From positions 165,448 through 229,447 of the forward strand of contig CAZUOM010000001.1 in the NCBI GenBank assembly GCA_964621305.1: DNA of 64,000 nucleotides. Reading direction: 5' to 3'. The first letter of the stretch is position 1. Each line of letters begins with the position of its first letter. The position numbers were made by a program, and so were the translations under genes. Source of the DNA: an uncultured Gammaproteobacteria bacterium. Lineage in GTDB: Bacteria > Patescibacteriota > Microgenomatia > UBA10105 > UBA927. The notes under the pieces were generated by a model. The model worked only from the letters and a program-made list of their open reading frames with translations. It had not been told where the DNA came from and did no database searches. Below, one piece after another: positions 50,014 through 60,618 of the stretch.

Positions 50014-51412
50014 AATGAATCGTTTTTGTTATCCGTTTCGCAAGCTCTCGCGCCCGCTTGGGCGCATCGCCGACGTGACGGGATACGTCCAGAAGCATCT
50101 CTATTTCCGAAAGCTTTAAATATCGTGCCAGTCGTTTGTCGTCCCTCAAGAGTTGCGCCATCGGGTTGGGTTTGCCTGCTCCAACTGCTTGCCACGCTTC
50201 CATTGACACGGTCCGCAACAATTCGTGCATTTCCTGCCGGTTGGCGCCGCGCTTGACGGCTTCGATGATAATAACCTCCGTTGCCGCAAACGAGCCGTAT
50301 TGGGCGAGATTATAGGCAATGCGCTCTTTGTTGATCACCAAACCCTTGAGGATTTTTTGGGCTGACAAGAGGATTTCGTCAAGAGCTAGAAACGCCTCGG
50401 GAATAACGAGGCGGCGATTGGCGCTGTCATCGAGGGTGCGCTCCAGGTGAGAAAGGGTCGCATTCTCAAGGAAAATAGCCGGAAGATGGGAAAGGTAGCG
50501 CGCAAGCGAACATATCTTTTCGCTGCTCACCGGATTTTTCTTAAACGGCATGGCGGAAGACCCTACCTGCTTTTCCCCAAACGGCTCGCTCCACTCACCG
50601 ATACCCGGCGACTGAAGGATGCGAAGATCCTCCGCGAACTTGGCCACAGATTGCGCCGTGCTTGCCAGAGCGCAAAGCAGCCAGTAATCCACTTTTCGGG
50701 GATACACTTGCGTCGTGACCGGAAACGCTTCAATGTGCAGCCGATTCAACACCACTTCCTCCATCTTCGCCGCCGTGCTATTCGTCCCTTCCAAAAGCTT
50801 CTTGTAACTTGCCGCCGTGCCGACAGCACCCTTGAAGCCCTTGCCCCGAAGATCCTGGAGTTCAATGTATCGGCACATTGAAGTGTCCATCAGTAAGTCC
50901 TGAGCGTAGACCGCCAGGCGATAGCCGACCGTTGTCGGTTCTGCCGGCTGGAGGTGGGTATAGCCCAGGCATGGTACCGAGGCGTATGTTTTTACTTTTT
51001 CTGCAAAAAGCTTGAGCAGGTCGTCAACTTGTTTTTTGATAATTACCATCGCTTCCCGCATGCGTATCGTGTCTGCATTGTCCACGATGTCCATACTCGT
51101 TGCGCCCAGGTGAATTTTTGCTGCCCCGATTGTTGCTTTCTCTGCAAACTCCCGGATAGCGGCCACCACGTCGTGCTTCGTTTCTTTCTCGAGTTCCAGG
51201 ATCCTACCGATGTCGATATCTTCCTCGTGCTTCTCCAAATCGCGAAGTTCCTCGCGCGATAACAGACCGGCCACATGGTGCGCGCGGGCCAGTTCGACCC
51301 AAATCCTACGCCATCGTTCGTATTTATAACGTTCGCTCCAGATCCAACGCATCTGCCGGCTCCCGTAACGCCAGGAAAAAGAAGAAAGATAGGTGGTAAA
51401 GTCAAAAACCAT
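50006..51412 (-). CDS. purB: Adenylosuccinate lyase
   Basis: THLQPAEPTT, GSSAMPFKKNP, LERTLDDSANRR. Confidence 0.96.
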   Translation of the reverse strand: MVFDFTTYLSSFSWRYGSRQMRWIWSERYKYERWRRIWVELARAHHVAGLLSREELRDLEKHEEDIDIGRILELEKETKHDVVAAIREFAEKATIGAAKIHLGATSMDIVDNADTIRMREAMVIIKKQVDDLLKLFAEKVKTYASVPCLGYTHLQPAEPTTVGYRLAVYAQDLLMDTSMCRYIELQDLRGKGFKGAVGTAASYKKLLEGTNSTAAKMEEVVLNRLHIEAFPVTTQVYPRKVDYWLLCALASTAQSVAKFAEDLRILQSPGIGEWSEPFGEKQVGSSAMPFKKNPVSSEKICSLARYLSHLPAIFLENATLSHLERTLDDSANRRLVIPEAFLALDEILLSAQKILKGLVINKERIAYNLAQYGSFAATEVIIIEAVKRGANRQEMHELLRTVSMEAWQAVGAGKPNPMAQLLRDDKRLARYLKLSEIEMLLDVSRHVGDAPKRARELAKRITKTIHYE

Positions 51413-51413
51413 G

Positions 51414-52469
51414 TTATGTCGTTATCTTCTCTAAAGCATTATGTTCCGTCGCATCGTGGATTTCCATGGCGATGCGTCTTCCCATGCTTACTGATTCTCC
51501 ATATAAATACCCGCTGTACGGGGTTGCGGCAATTCCCGGCGAGCCGGGCATACGCGGCGAGACATCAACCACGACGATCTCCTTTTTTCGCTTCCCGGAT
51601 ACGATGATCGCCTGCAGGGCAAACGGCCCGATGATTCCTGGCGGGACGAGCGTTTGGGTGGCTTTTATAAACCGCTCGGCCATGGCAAACGCCTCCTCCA
51701 GCATCGATTCTACCACGGTGACGGCGATATGCCCAGTTTCTTCAAACGAAACAGTAACGTTTTTCTGATACGCAGCCGGCAAGCGCACTAGGCCGTCGAT
51801 ATTCGTCTGACGGCGCGTGTCCGTCCCCAAAAGTTCCAGCCGTTTACGAATCGGAGAATAAAAAAAATGGAAGTTCACCGCTACGCCAACCGCGTATTCT
51901 TCGATAACCGCCCGTTCCAGCGCCGGCGCTGTTATTTTTCCTGATCGTAGCATTGCCCGCGACGTTTGCAGGAAGCTTTTTTCATCACGGCAAAGGAAAA
52001 ATGCCCGTTCCCACGGACGGTCTTTCTCGCTTACCTTGACTATCACAAGCCGGTCGATGTTCTTTGGTGAGAGAAAATGTTGCGGAAACCGAATATTGGC
52101 TTCTTTGAGAAGGTCATACTGATTTGGACGTTTTGCGCGCTCTTCGTACTTCAAGAGGTATTTATTGCCGAACAAAGGCACCGTAAAGCGCGTCTCGATA
52201 GCCTTGTAATCAAAGTTGCAATATGCCTCAAACGACCGGTGCGGCACAAACGCACAGCACTTTTTTTGTAACGTTTTCTGCACCGCGGGCGTAAGTATGT
52301 CAGAAAACTGCTCAAGCACAAGGCACTCGTCCACACAACATTTGTAATACTCACGATAGGTTTTTTCCCTGCCTTTTTGCGCAACGACGAGCGTGCCAAG
52401 CCCTTCATCTTTGGCCCCGCGGCAGATGTCCAGAGCAGAATGACTCCCAAGGGTAGCAATGGTAACCAT
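51414..52469 (-). CDS. purP: PurP-like ATP-grasp protein (second paralogue)
   Basis: IATLGSHSALDICRGAKDEG, VPHRSF, GPFALQ, DVSPRMPGSPG, SMGRRIAMEI. Confidence 0.85.
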   Translation of the reverse strand: MVTIATLGSHSALDICRGAKDEGLGTLVVAQKGREKTYREYYKCCVDECLVLEQFSDILTPAVQKTLQKKCCAFVPHRSFEAYCNFDYKAIETRFTVPLFGNKYLLKYEERAKRPNQYDLLKEANIRFPQHFLSPKNIDRLVIVKVSEKDRPWERAFFLCRDEKSFLQTSRAMLRSGKITAPALERAVIEEYAVGVAVNFHFFYSPIRKRLELLGTDTRRQTNIDGLVRLPAAYQKNVTVSFEETGHIAVTVVESMLEEAFAMAERFIKATQTLVPPGIIGPFALQAIIVSGKRKKEIVVVDVSPRMPGSPGIAATPYSGYLYGESVSMGRRIAMEIHDATEHNALEKITT

Positions 52470-52475
52470 ATATAG

Positions 52476-53480
52476 CTAGCTTACTAAGCAATCAACGATC
52501 CCTTTGCGATGGGCGATTTTAATATCCCGCGCAATCCTCCTTCCCGTGCTCATTGGTTCATCATATAGGAGTGAAGCGTACGGGGAACTATCGATGAAGA
52601 GATTCGTGCCGGCGACGATGCGGCAGGATACTTCTATCACATAAAACTGCTGGTCGGGAGTGACGATCGTCTCCAGACAAAACGGCCCGAAGAGGCCCCG
52701 CTCGTCAATAAGCTTTTGCGATGTGACTACCAACCGTTCGGCCATTGCGTACGCCTCCGGCAGGAGCGACTCACGCAGAGACAAGGGGCTATTGCCGACC
52801 ACGACAAATGACGGCGTGATATCAATGCGCTCTTGGTGCGCAAGCGGCATGCGCCCCAGAGAATCAACGTTTGTTTCGTATCTCCGGTCGATACTTAACA
52901 GTTCCATGGTCTTCGTTATCGGTGAGTAATAATAGTGAAGGTAGATGGGAACGCCAACGATGTACTCCTGCACAATGAAGTCCTTCTTGGTAAATAACGA
53001 AATCTTTTTCTCAAAATCCTTTTGACTATGCGCGACGAAATACCCTCTTCCGCCGTCGGCGCCATAGGACTTGACGATCACCGGCCGGTCAATCCGGTCG
53101 CGGCGGGAAAACTTGCGCGGCAGCCTAATCCCTGCAGACGCAAGCCAGTTAAGCTGCTTTTTGCGGTCTGCTTCCCAGTCCAGCACTGCTTTGTTGCCAA
53201 AGTACGGTAGACTTATTGCTTTGTTGCCCTCGATACCGAGGTAGGCAATGAACGATCCGTGAGGAATAACAATAACATGGCGTCTGGAAATACTATGCTG
53301 TACCTCGGGGAAGTCTCCGTATGAAGATATGGTGATAATGTCATCGATGAAGCGAAACCGCCGGTAAAACGCCTCGCGGTCGGATTGCGTGATGAGCAGT
53401 GTCGAAAAACCCTCGTCTTTTGCCCCTTTCATTATCTGAAGGGCGGTATGGCTCCCCAGCGTTGCAATCGTATACATCAT
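52476..53480 (-). CDS. purP: Formate-dependent FAICAR synthetase, archaeal type
   Basis: IATLGSHTALQIMKGAKDEG, PHGSF, LRESLL, GPFCLET, EVSCRIVAGTN, STGRRIA. Confidence 0.9.
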   Translation of the reverse strand: MMYTIATLGSHTALQIMKGAKDEGFSTLLITQSDREAFYRRFRFIDDIITISSYGDFPEVQHSISRRHVIVIPHGSFIAYLGIEGNKAISLPYFGNKAVLDWEADRKKQLNWLASAGIRLPRKFSRRDRIDRPVIVKSYGADGGRGYFVAHSQKDFEKKISLFTKKDFIVQEYIVGVPIYLHYYYSPITKTMELLSIDRRYETNVDSLGRMPLAHQERIDITPSFVVVGNSPLSLRESLLPEAYAMAERLVVTSQKLIDERGLFGPFCLETIVTPDQQFYVIEVSCRIVAGTNLFIDSSPYASLLYDEPMSTGRRIARDIKIAHRKGIVDCLVS

Positions 53481-54217
53481 AGAAAATACCGCACTGCGTT
53501 CTGAAATATCCTAAGGCCCGGCCCGAATTTCGGAACCCGTTTCCCTTTTCTTCGATACGTTTCCTTAAGATGCGTCCAGTATGGCAACTGGGTAAAGAAG
53601 ATCGCCCGCTCCGGATGCGGCATGAGGCCTAAAATTCTTCCGCTTGTATCGGTAAGTCCGGCAATACAATCAAGCGTTCCCGTCGGATTTTCGCTTACGT
53701 ATCGTATCGCAATAGTTCGCTTTTGTTTCATTGCCGCCAGAGTCGTGGCATCAGCATATAGTTTCCCCTCGCCGTGGGCAATAGGGAGAGAAAGCGTCGT
53801 TATTCCTGCAAGCCACGGAGTTTCGCGCTCAACACTTAGATCCGTCCATCGGACAATATAACGGCCCGAGTCGTTCGGAAGAAGAGCCACACGAGGAAAT
53901 ACACCAAGCGCAACGAGTATCTGAAACCCGTTACAAATACCGATCACCAACCCATCGCCATCGATATATGTTCGTAGTTGTTCTCCCAAGAAGTGGTTCA
54001 GTTTCCTCGCATAGGCATTGCCGGCACCGGTATCGTCGCCGTAAGAAAATCCGCCGGGAATGGCCAGAATCTGATACGCCCGCAATTTTTTGGATCCGGC
54101 GATGAGATCGTTGATATGGATGATATCTGCGCTCGCTCCGGCCAGTTCAAACGCAAACGCCGTTTCCTCTTCGCAGTTGAGGCCGTAGCCGGAAAACACT
54201 AATACTCTAGGTTTCAT
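53477..54217 (-). CDS. purQ: FGAM synthase glutaminase subunit
   Basis: PGGFSYGD, GICNGFQ, IAHGEG, GLMPHPER. Confidence 0.96.
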   Translation of the reverse strand: MKPRVLVFSGYGLNCEEETAFAFELAGASADIIHINDLIAGSKKLRAYQILAIPGGFSYGDDTGAGNAYARKLNHFLGEQLRTYIDGDGLVIGICNGFQILVALGVFPRVALLPNDSGRYIVRWTDLSVERETPWLAGITTLSLPIAHGEGKLYADATTLAAMKQKRTIAIRYVSENPTGTLDCIAGLTDTSGRILGLMPHPERAIFFTQLPYWTHLKETYRRKGKRVPKFGPGLRIFQNAVRYFL

Positions 54218-56843
54218 ACGTTCGATATGCCTTTATACATGTCTCAAGCGCTGTGCGCTGGCCACCAATGACGATCTCGGGAGTTTTGGTTACGACACCG
54301 ATAGGCTTGCAACCGGAGCCTTCCATCATGCGCTCAAACGTTGGCTTCTTTTTCGGATTGACGGATACGATGACCTTTCCCATTTTGAGCGAAACGTCAA
54401 CGCCGAGCATTCCTGCCATCGCGGATTTGGCAACGGCCGCCGCCATCCCCCCACGGCTGACGACCATGGCAGAGGCGACTAGCTCGCGTCGTATTGCCAG
54501 GGCGAGCGCGTCGTACATAGACTTTGCGCCGCTCAATACGTACACGAGGTCGCCGGGAAACTTGAAATCGATCGTGACGCTTTTTCGCACGTCTCGGATG
54601 ATTCCGATTGCCGAAATGAGAAGCGTAGGGAGAATGGAAATGCTCACGGGATTGCCATGTTCGTCAAATCCGGAAAAATCGTTGAACATGCTGTCTTTGC
54701 CGGAAATAAACGGCGTCCCGTAGGCCATTGCCCCGTCGTAGCAGCCCCGTGCCGCCTCTTTGAGCTGCCAAAGTCGCGTGGGGTCCTTGGCGCTTGACCA
54801 GCAGAAGTTATCAAGAAGAGCGATCTTCTCCGGATCCGCACCCGCCGCTACCGCACGCAGTACTGCTTGGCTGATCGTCACCCTCGCCATTTGGTACGGA
54901 TTGTGCTCGCCAAACTCCGGATGCAACGCGTGGGTGAGAACGATTCCTCTATTAGAAGAAAGAATGGGCCGGATGACGGTTGCATCCCCGTTCACCCGGC
55001 CTTTACCCTGAAGGGGCTTGGTTACAGACGTCCCTTGCACCTCATGGTCAAACTGTTGGCTGATCCAAGAAAATCCCGCGATTGACGGATGCGAGAGCGT
55101 TTCCGGACGGAATGGGCTTGCCTCATTCGGAGGGGCTCGTCGCGGCTGCGGCTTCGTATGAAGCGGTATGCGTGGAAACCCATTGTGGAGGAAATCCATG
55201 GAAAGATCCATCACTTTTTTCCTGCGGTACCGCACGATGCATCGTCCGGATTTGGTAAATGTTCCGATTACGCTCGCCTCCACGCCGCGACGACTACAGA
55301 GTGCTTTCAATTTCCTCCATTCCTTTTTGGGTACTGCAAGGGTCATGCGCTCCTGGGATTCGGAGATCCATATCTGCCAGGGCGTAAGACCAGGATACTT
55401 AAGCGGCACGCGGTCAAGGTCAACTAAACAACCGCCCGAGTCTCTGGCCATTTCCGCAACCGAACACGACAGTCCGCCGGCGCCGTTATCGGTAATGCTA
55501 TGGTACAATCCGCGATCGCACGCTTCTCGAATCAGCATATCCGAGAGTTTCTTTTGCGTAATCGGGTCGCCAATCTGGACCGCCGTGGCGGGGCTGCCGC
55601 TGGTTAACGCTTCAGAAGAAAAAGTCGCGCCGTGGATACCGTCCAGCCCCACGCGACCACCAATCATAACGACGAGATCGCCAGAACGGGCGCCTTTTCG
55701 CATACGCGATCGCGGCAGGATCCCTACGGTTCCCACAAACACGAGCGGCTTGCCTCCATAGCGTGGATGCGTCAGGACAAATCCCTGCGGCGTGGGAATA
55801 CCGGAGCAGTTTCCGCCGCTGTTGACACCGGCAACGACGCCGTCGAGTATTCTCCTCGGCGTAAGCCGCGGTTGTGTACATTTCTTATCGCGGTATAGGT
55901 CTGTCTTGTCGCTCAAATCGCCCACACAAAACCCGTAGGTGTTGGCAACGGGCTTGGCGCCCAGGCCAAAGCCGATGCAATCGCGGTTCACTCCCACGAT
56001 GCCGGTGATCGCTCCGCCGAAGGGATCAAGCGCCGACGGGCTATTGTGCGTTTCTACTTTATGCGTCACCACCCATCGGCGGTCAAAGGCAATCGCGCCT
56101 GAATTATCCGAGAATACACTCACACAGAAATCTTTCCTTCCCTTTTTCTTCCGGATCTCTTCGGTCGCACGCTTTATATAGCGGCGGAACAGGCCTTCGG
56201 CAATATTATCAATGGGACTGTTAAAAATCGTATGCTTGCAGTGCTCGCTCCACGTCTGTGCGAGGGATTCAAGCTCCACATCCGTCGGATCCCTGCCGAG
56301 ATTGCGAAAATGTGTCTGTATGGCTCTCATGGAGGGAAGATCCAGAGCAAGCGGCCCCCGACGCGACCCGTCTGCGTTTTTGATACCGAGTTTACCGATT
56401 GTCACAAGTTCCTCATCGGAGACATCAAGGGAAACCTTGTCTGCTTTTATTCTATTTGTCAAACGAACTCGTGGGACAGGCAGGTTTTCATTAATCGCAA
56501 CACGCTGGATGAGAGGATTTATTGGGAGTTCCACGTAGGTAATTTGCGAAGTATAGACCCCTTCGCCCTGGACAAAACGTACCCCCAATTCATCCTCAAT
56601 CATCTCTCGGACGGTATGGCCAACATTATCCGTCACCCCCGGGAGAAACCCTGTCTCAAAGGCCCGGGTACATGACGCCGGTCTGGGAAACGCATTGATA
56701 TAAAAACGCTCGGACACGGGGTTAGCCAGGAGACGGCCGATTGTTCGCAACTCTCTGACCGAAAACCGTTTTTCAATAGTATAAACTCGCACGGGCGATT
56801 GCCCCTCGGCAATAGCGGAGACTACAAATATTCTATGTACCAT
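54207..56843 (-). CDS. purL: FGAM synthase subunit PurL with N-terminal PurS-like extension
   Basis: QTWSEHCKH, KVETHNSPS, DNGAGG, SESQERM, ISGKDSM; N-terminal PGVTDNVG segment. Confidence 0.95.
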   Translation of the reverse strand: MVHRIFVVSAIAEGQSPVRVYTIEKRFSVRELRTIGRLLANPVSERFYINAFPRPASCTRAFETGFLPGVTDNVGHTVREMIEDELGVRFVQGEGVYTSQITYVELPINPLIQRVAINENLPVPRVRLTNRIKADKVSLDVSDEELVTIGKLGIKNADGSRRGPLALDLPSMRAIQTHFRNLGRDPTDVELESLAQTWSEHCKHTIFNSPIDNIAEGLFRRYIKRATEEIRKKKGRKDFCVSVFSDNSGAIAFDRRWVVTHKVETHNSPSALDPFGGAITGIVGVNRDCIGFGLGAKPVANTYGFCVGDLSDKTDLYRDKKCTQPRLTPRRILDGVVAGVNSGGNCSGIPTPQGFVLTHPRYGGKPLVFVGTVGILPRSRMRKGARSGDLVVMIGGRVGLDGIHGATFSSEALTSGSPATAVQIGDPITQKKLSDMLIREACDRGLYHSITDNGAGGLSCSVAEMARDSGGCLVDLDRVPLKYPGLTPWQIWISESQERMTLAVPKKEWRKLKALCSRRGVEASVIGTFTKSGRCIVRYRRKKVMDLSMDFLHNGFPRIPLHTKPQPRRAPPNEASPFRPETLSHPSIAGFSWISQQFDHEVQGTSVTKPLQGKGRVNGDATVIRPILSSNRGIVLTHALHPEFGEHNPYQMARVTISQAVLRAVAAGADPEKIALLDNFCWSSAKDPTRLWQLKEAARGCYDGAMAYGTPFISGKDSMFNDFSGFDEHGNPVSISILPTLLISAIGIIRDVRKSVTIDFKFPGDLVYVLSGAKSMYDALALAIRRELVASAMVVSRGGMAAAVAKSAMAGMLGVDVSLKMGKVIVSVNPKKKPTFERMMEGSGCKPIGVVTKTPEIVIGGQRTALETCIKAYRTYET

Positions 56844-58110
56844 AGGCTTGACCTCCTATATCGCGCCGGTATTGCATTCCTTCAAAACGCACGCCACCGG
56901 ACCCAATTACCCCGTATGCACGCCGGATGGCGGCTTCGATCGTTTCTCCGTATGCCGTCACTCCCAGAACTCTCCCGGCGCTTGTAACGACGCCGCGATC
57001 GTTCAGGAGCGTCCCTGCGTGAAACATCCGGATATTCGGATCACGCACGGTATCCAATCCCTCAATGAGCACTCCTTTTGCGCAAGGCCCGGGGTAGCCG
57101 GCGCAGGCCAGTACCACACAGACGCTAGCCCCCGGGCGAAACCGTACCATCTCCGGCTCGAGGGTCCCGTTCATACATGCAAGAAGAATAGGCGCAAGGT
57201 CAGATTTCAAAAGCAACATGAGGGGTTGCGTTTCCGGGTCGCCGAAGCGCGCGTTGTACTCAAGCACCTTCGGCCCCTGCGCTGTGAGCATAAGGCCCGC
57301 GTAGAGCACTCCTTTATACGGATAACCTTCTTTACGCATGCCCTCAACCGTCGGCTGTAGGATGGTCCGGTGAATCTCTCTGATATCAATATCGGCAACC
57401 GGAGCATACGCGCCCATGCCGCCGGTGTTGGGGCCGCGATCCCCGTCGCCAATACGCTTGTAATCCCGTGCCGGCAAAAGCGGCACGGCGCTTTTGCCGT
57501 CGCAAAACGCCAATACCGATAGCTCCGGACCGGTGAGCCGTTCCTGAATGACGATGGTGCGGCCGGCACCGCCAAAGGACCTACCCGAAAGCATTTCCCG
57601 CACCGCAGCTTCTGCCTCCTCCAGCCCATCCGGAAGGATAACTCCCTTTCCTGCTGCCAACCCATCTGCTTTGACAACCATCTTTCCCCAGGGGAAACGG
57701 CGAACAAAACGGATCGCCTCTTGCTCATCGAGAAAAACCCAGGAGCGTGGGTGCGCAATACCGTGCCGCGCCATAAAACCCGCTGCCCACGCCTTGCTCG
57801 ATTCCAGCTTCGCTGCGGCTGCCGTCGGTCCGAATATTGGCAGTCCCCGGGCTTGAAACTCATCGACTATACCCATCGCAAGCGGCGCCTCCGGCCCAAC
57901 GACCGTGAGATCCAACCTCAATTTATCTGCTAATTCGCTAAGTCCGGCGATATCTTCAGCCGGTATTGGAATATTTTCTCCAATTTCCGCCGTCCCCGCG
58001 TTTCCCGGCGCAAAATAAAGTCTTCCTGACTTGCCAAGTTTCCACCCCAACGCGTGCTCCCGACCGCCGGAGCCAACGATCAAAACCTTTTTTTGTTTTG
58101 GCATCAGCAT
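56833..58110 (-). CDS. purD: Phosphoribosylamine--glycine ligase
   Basis: GSGGREHAL, KADGLAAGKGV, GPNTGGMG, EYNARFGDPE. Confidence 0.97.
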   Translation of the reverse strand: MLMPKQKKVLIVGSGGREHALGWKLGKSGRLYFAPGNAGTAEIGENIPIPAEDIAGLSELADKLRLDLTVVGPEAPLAMGIVDEFQARGLPIFGPTAAAAKLESSKAWAAGFMARHGIAHPRSWVFLDEQEAIRFVRRFPWGKMVVKADGLAAGKGVILPDGLEEAEAAVREMLSGRSFGGAGRTIVIQERLTGPELSVLAFCDGKSAVPLLPARDYKRIGDGDRGPNTGGMGAYAPVADIDIREIHRTILQPTVEGMRKEGYPYKGVLYAGLMLTAQGPKVLEYNARFGDPETQPLMLLLKSDLAPILLACMNGTLEPEMVRFRPGASVCVVLACAGYPGPCAKGVLIEGLDTVRDPNIRMFHAGTLLNDRGVVTSAGRVLGVTAYGETIEAAIRRAYGVIGSGGVRFEGMQYRRDIGGQAYGT

Positions 58111-58112
58111 AC

Positions 58113-58886
58113 TTACGGATACAACTGCACGGCCAACTCTTTTGCTTGCATTGCGCTACCCTGGTACTCATCGGGAATAAGCGGGTTGGGGCGTTGAAAC
58201 GAAGGAAACTTGCCCATCGTACCATAGGCGGCAAGCGCGGCAATAACATTTTGGTGTTCTAATGGAAGAAGCAACTTCTGAAGACTAGCTGTTCGTCTTT
58301 TCAATTCGTCCGGTGATTGCCGGAGTTGCGCAATAGTTAGGGCACGAGAAGCTCGCGGCAATTCGAGCCGCTCAACACGGATAAGTTCTCCCTGATCGTA
58401 CGCTTCCGTCACATGGTGTACCGTGGACTCGGTCCACGCGTCGCCATCGGTTACCCAACAGTAGGCAAGGCGCGCGCACACGACTCGCGCTCCGTACATG
58501 CCCTTTCCACCAAAGTCCACTCTTCCCGGATCAAGAGGGCCTGGGTGCTGGTTAATGATCCTGCCTCGATATGCTTGGACAACCGATTCCGGCGTCAGAG
58601 GCAACCAGCCGTTTTGACTCACGAGAAGAACGTTATATTTTTGAAACATGCCAAGAAGTGCTTCCCCGAACGCATCGAGGCTGGTGAAATTTCTCCGTGC
58701 AACAGTCTCTGTAGGTATATCCATCGCCCTTGCACGATCTAAACCTCGCGCATCGTGTCTACTGGCAATGACCACCACCGGACGAATGTGAGAAATTTCG
58801 CCATGCTGGCACGCCCGGATCACCGCCTCCGCCGTTGTCCCCTCGCCGGAAATCAAAAAAGCCGTGTTTATCTCACTTTCTTTCAT
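58113..58886 (-). CDS. purN: Phosphoribosylglycinamide formyltransferase (divergent)
   Basis: LISGEGT, INQHPGPL, FGGKGMYG, TVHHVTEAYDQG. Confidence 0.88.
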   Translation of the reverse strand: MKESEINTAFLISGEGTTAEAVIRACQHGEISHIRPVVVIASRHDARGLDRARAMDIPTETVARRNFTSLDAFGEALLGMFQKYNVLLVSQNGWLPLTPESVVQAYRGRIINQHPGPLDPGRVDFGGKGMYGARVVCARLAYCWVTDGDAWTESTVHHVTEAYDQGELIRVERLELPRASRALTIAQLRQSPDELKRRTASLQKLLLPLEHQNVIAALAAYGTMGKFPSFQRPNPLIPDEYQGSAMQAKELAVQLYP

Positions 58887-60363
58887 ATATAACATTTCCG
58901 AATCGATCAATCGGGGGCTTATGTCCAACCATGCACCCCATACAGAACTGACAGTTTTCCGGATTCCCTGTTAATGCCTCTCGCAATCCCCGAGAGCTTA
59001 AATATGCCAAGGAATCCGCACCGATAGCTTGACGAATTTTTTCTACGTTTCCTCCATAGCGATGAGCAATAAGCTCCTCATGCGTACGAGTGTTTATTCC
59101 CAAGTGACACCCCTTATCGATAGGAGGTGATAACGACCTGCTGTGTACTGCAAGAGCGCCATATTTTCGAAGCAGCGCAATCACTGCACGCTGGATATTT
59201 CCCCGTACGATCGAATCGTCAACAATAACAATCCGTTGTCCGGCAATATCCCCCGCATCGAACGCAAAGTGCCCAACTGCCAGCTCATGAATGGAGGCGA
59301 TATCCGCCGTCAGAAACGTTCTCGGATTTTGTTGAGGAACACGATCCGTAATAACCTGTTTGTAGGGAAGACGCAGCGCTCCGGCAAACGCCCGACCGCC
59401 CGCAATCCCGGTTCCGGGGATACCCACAACGAAATCTACGTCTTTTGCAGTGAGTGGCGCTTCGAAGGCAAGAATCTTGCCGCATCGCTGTCGAAGCTCG
59501 TAAGTAGTTGGGGATTCATTGATCTTAAACGGATCACCGCGAGCTATATGTGCTCTACTTTCTTCATCGTGGATATATACGGTCTCAAAAATACAGGACG
59601 CAGGCTGCGCGCGATTACAACGATATGGCACCGCGACAACGTTCTCTGTTATATGAAGCAGTTGACCCGGCATGACCTCGGTAAAATCTCTGATTCCCAT
59701 CTGTTCTAATGCCCTTGTTTCTGACGCAGCCACAGCCACCCGCTGTCGTGACTCCCCATGCCAAAGCCACCCATAAACAAGAGGCCGGAACCCGTAGGGG
59801 TCGCGGGCCAAAAACATTCCTTCGGGAGTCGCAATTGCCAGACTCCACGCCCCGCGTTTCTTTTCTAGAACAGAGATTATGCGCGTTTCCCATGTAGAAC
59901 CGGGACTTTCTGCAAGTTCTTGGGTAAAACGATAGGTATCGCTTGTGCCATCGTCAACCTCATGAACTTCGCCGGAGAACTGCCCGTTGTGGGCGACAAT
60001 AAAAGGGTCGCGAGAATGCGCATGAGAGCCAAGAAGCGGTTGTACGTTTTTAGCGCTAAAGTTGCCGTTCGTTCCATACCGAACCTGAAATACCCACATT
60101 CGTGCAGCACGCGCCGAAAAATCCTGTTGTACGGATGATGGAAAAACGTCACCAAGCATGCCTTCACCTTTATGCCAAAATGTTGCTCCGGCAAAAGTAA
60201 TTGCACCGAAACCAGCACCATCCTGTCCGCGCGTCTGAAGTGCCTTTAAAGCCTCTAGCCCCGGCTGGAACAGTTTGATGTCTGCGCGGAGCGCGCAAGC
60301 GGCAACGATGCCGCAATGATCGAGAACGGGTTCACGCTCAGACCGGAGGAATTCTGCGCTCAT
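58873..60363 (-). CDS. purF: Amidophosphoribosyltransferase
   Basis: Propeptide then CGIV, RGQDGAG, AHNG, RDPYGFRPL, VDDSIVRG. Confidence 0.93.
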   Translation of the reverse strand: MSAEFLRSEREPVLDHCGIVAACALRADIKLFQPGLEALKALQTRGQDGAGFGAITFAGATFWHKGEGMLGDVFPSSVQQDFSARAARMWVFQVRYGTNGNFSAKNVQPLLGSHAHSRDPFIVAHNGQFSGEVHEVDDGTSDTYRFTQELAESPGSTWETRIISVLEKKRGAWSLAIATPEGMFLARDPYGFRPLVYGWLWHGESRQRVAVAASETRALEQMGIRDFTEVMPGQLLHITENVVAVPYRCNRAQPASCIFETVYIHDEESRAHIARGDPFKINESPTTYELRQRCGKILAFEAPLTAKDVDFVVGIPGTGIAGGRAFAGALRLPYKQVITDRVPQQNPRTFLTADIASIHELAVGHFAFDAGDIAGQRIVIVDDSIVRGNIQRAVIALLRKYGALAVHSRSLSPPIDKGCHLGINTRTHEELIAHRYGGNVEKIRQAIGADSLAYLSSRGLREALTGNPENCQFCMGCMVGHKPPIDRFGNVIYERK

Positions 60364-60370
60364 AAGAAAC

Positions 60371-60523
60371 AAAAAATCCCGCTATTTGCGGGATGAGTGA
60401 TTATCTATAAAAAACCAATACCATTTTGGTCTATTTGCCCTGGATGCATACTATTTCCCCGAAAAGGCAACGGAGTATTACGCTGTTTAGAAATAACTTA
60501 TCGCGTCTGTCTCATCGTGTCAA
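60371..60523 (-). promoter_or_regulatory. pur operon promoter and leader ending in a terminator-like hairpin
   Basis: TTGACA-N17-TAAGTT (60523-60495); ATCCCGC-AAATA-GCGGGAT-TTTTT a few nt before the purF ATG. Confidence 0.6.
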
Positions 60524-60618
60524 GTATCGTACAGTATCAGAGTTCCGTTTACATCCCTCCGCGCTTTACACATGGGCCCAGAGTATAACATCGGCGCAAT
60601 GTGCTATACTGCGGGCCT

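Noticed and set aside
60395-60490. Known purine, ZTP or PRPP riboswitch
   Set aside because: Consensus core motifs are not recognisable by eye; kept only as an unknown leader candidate.
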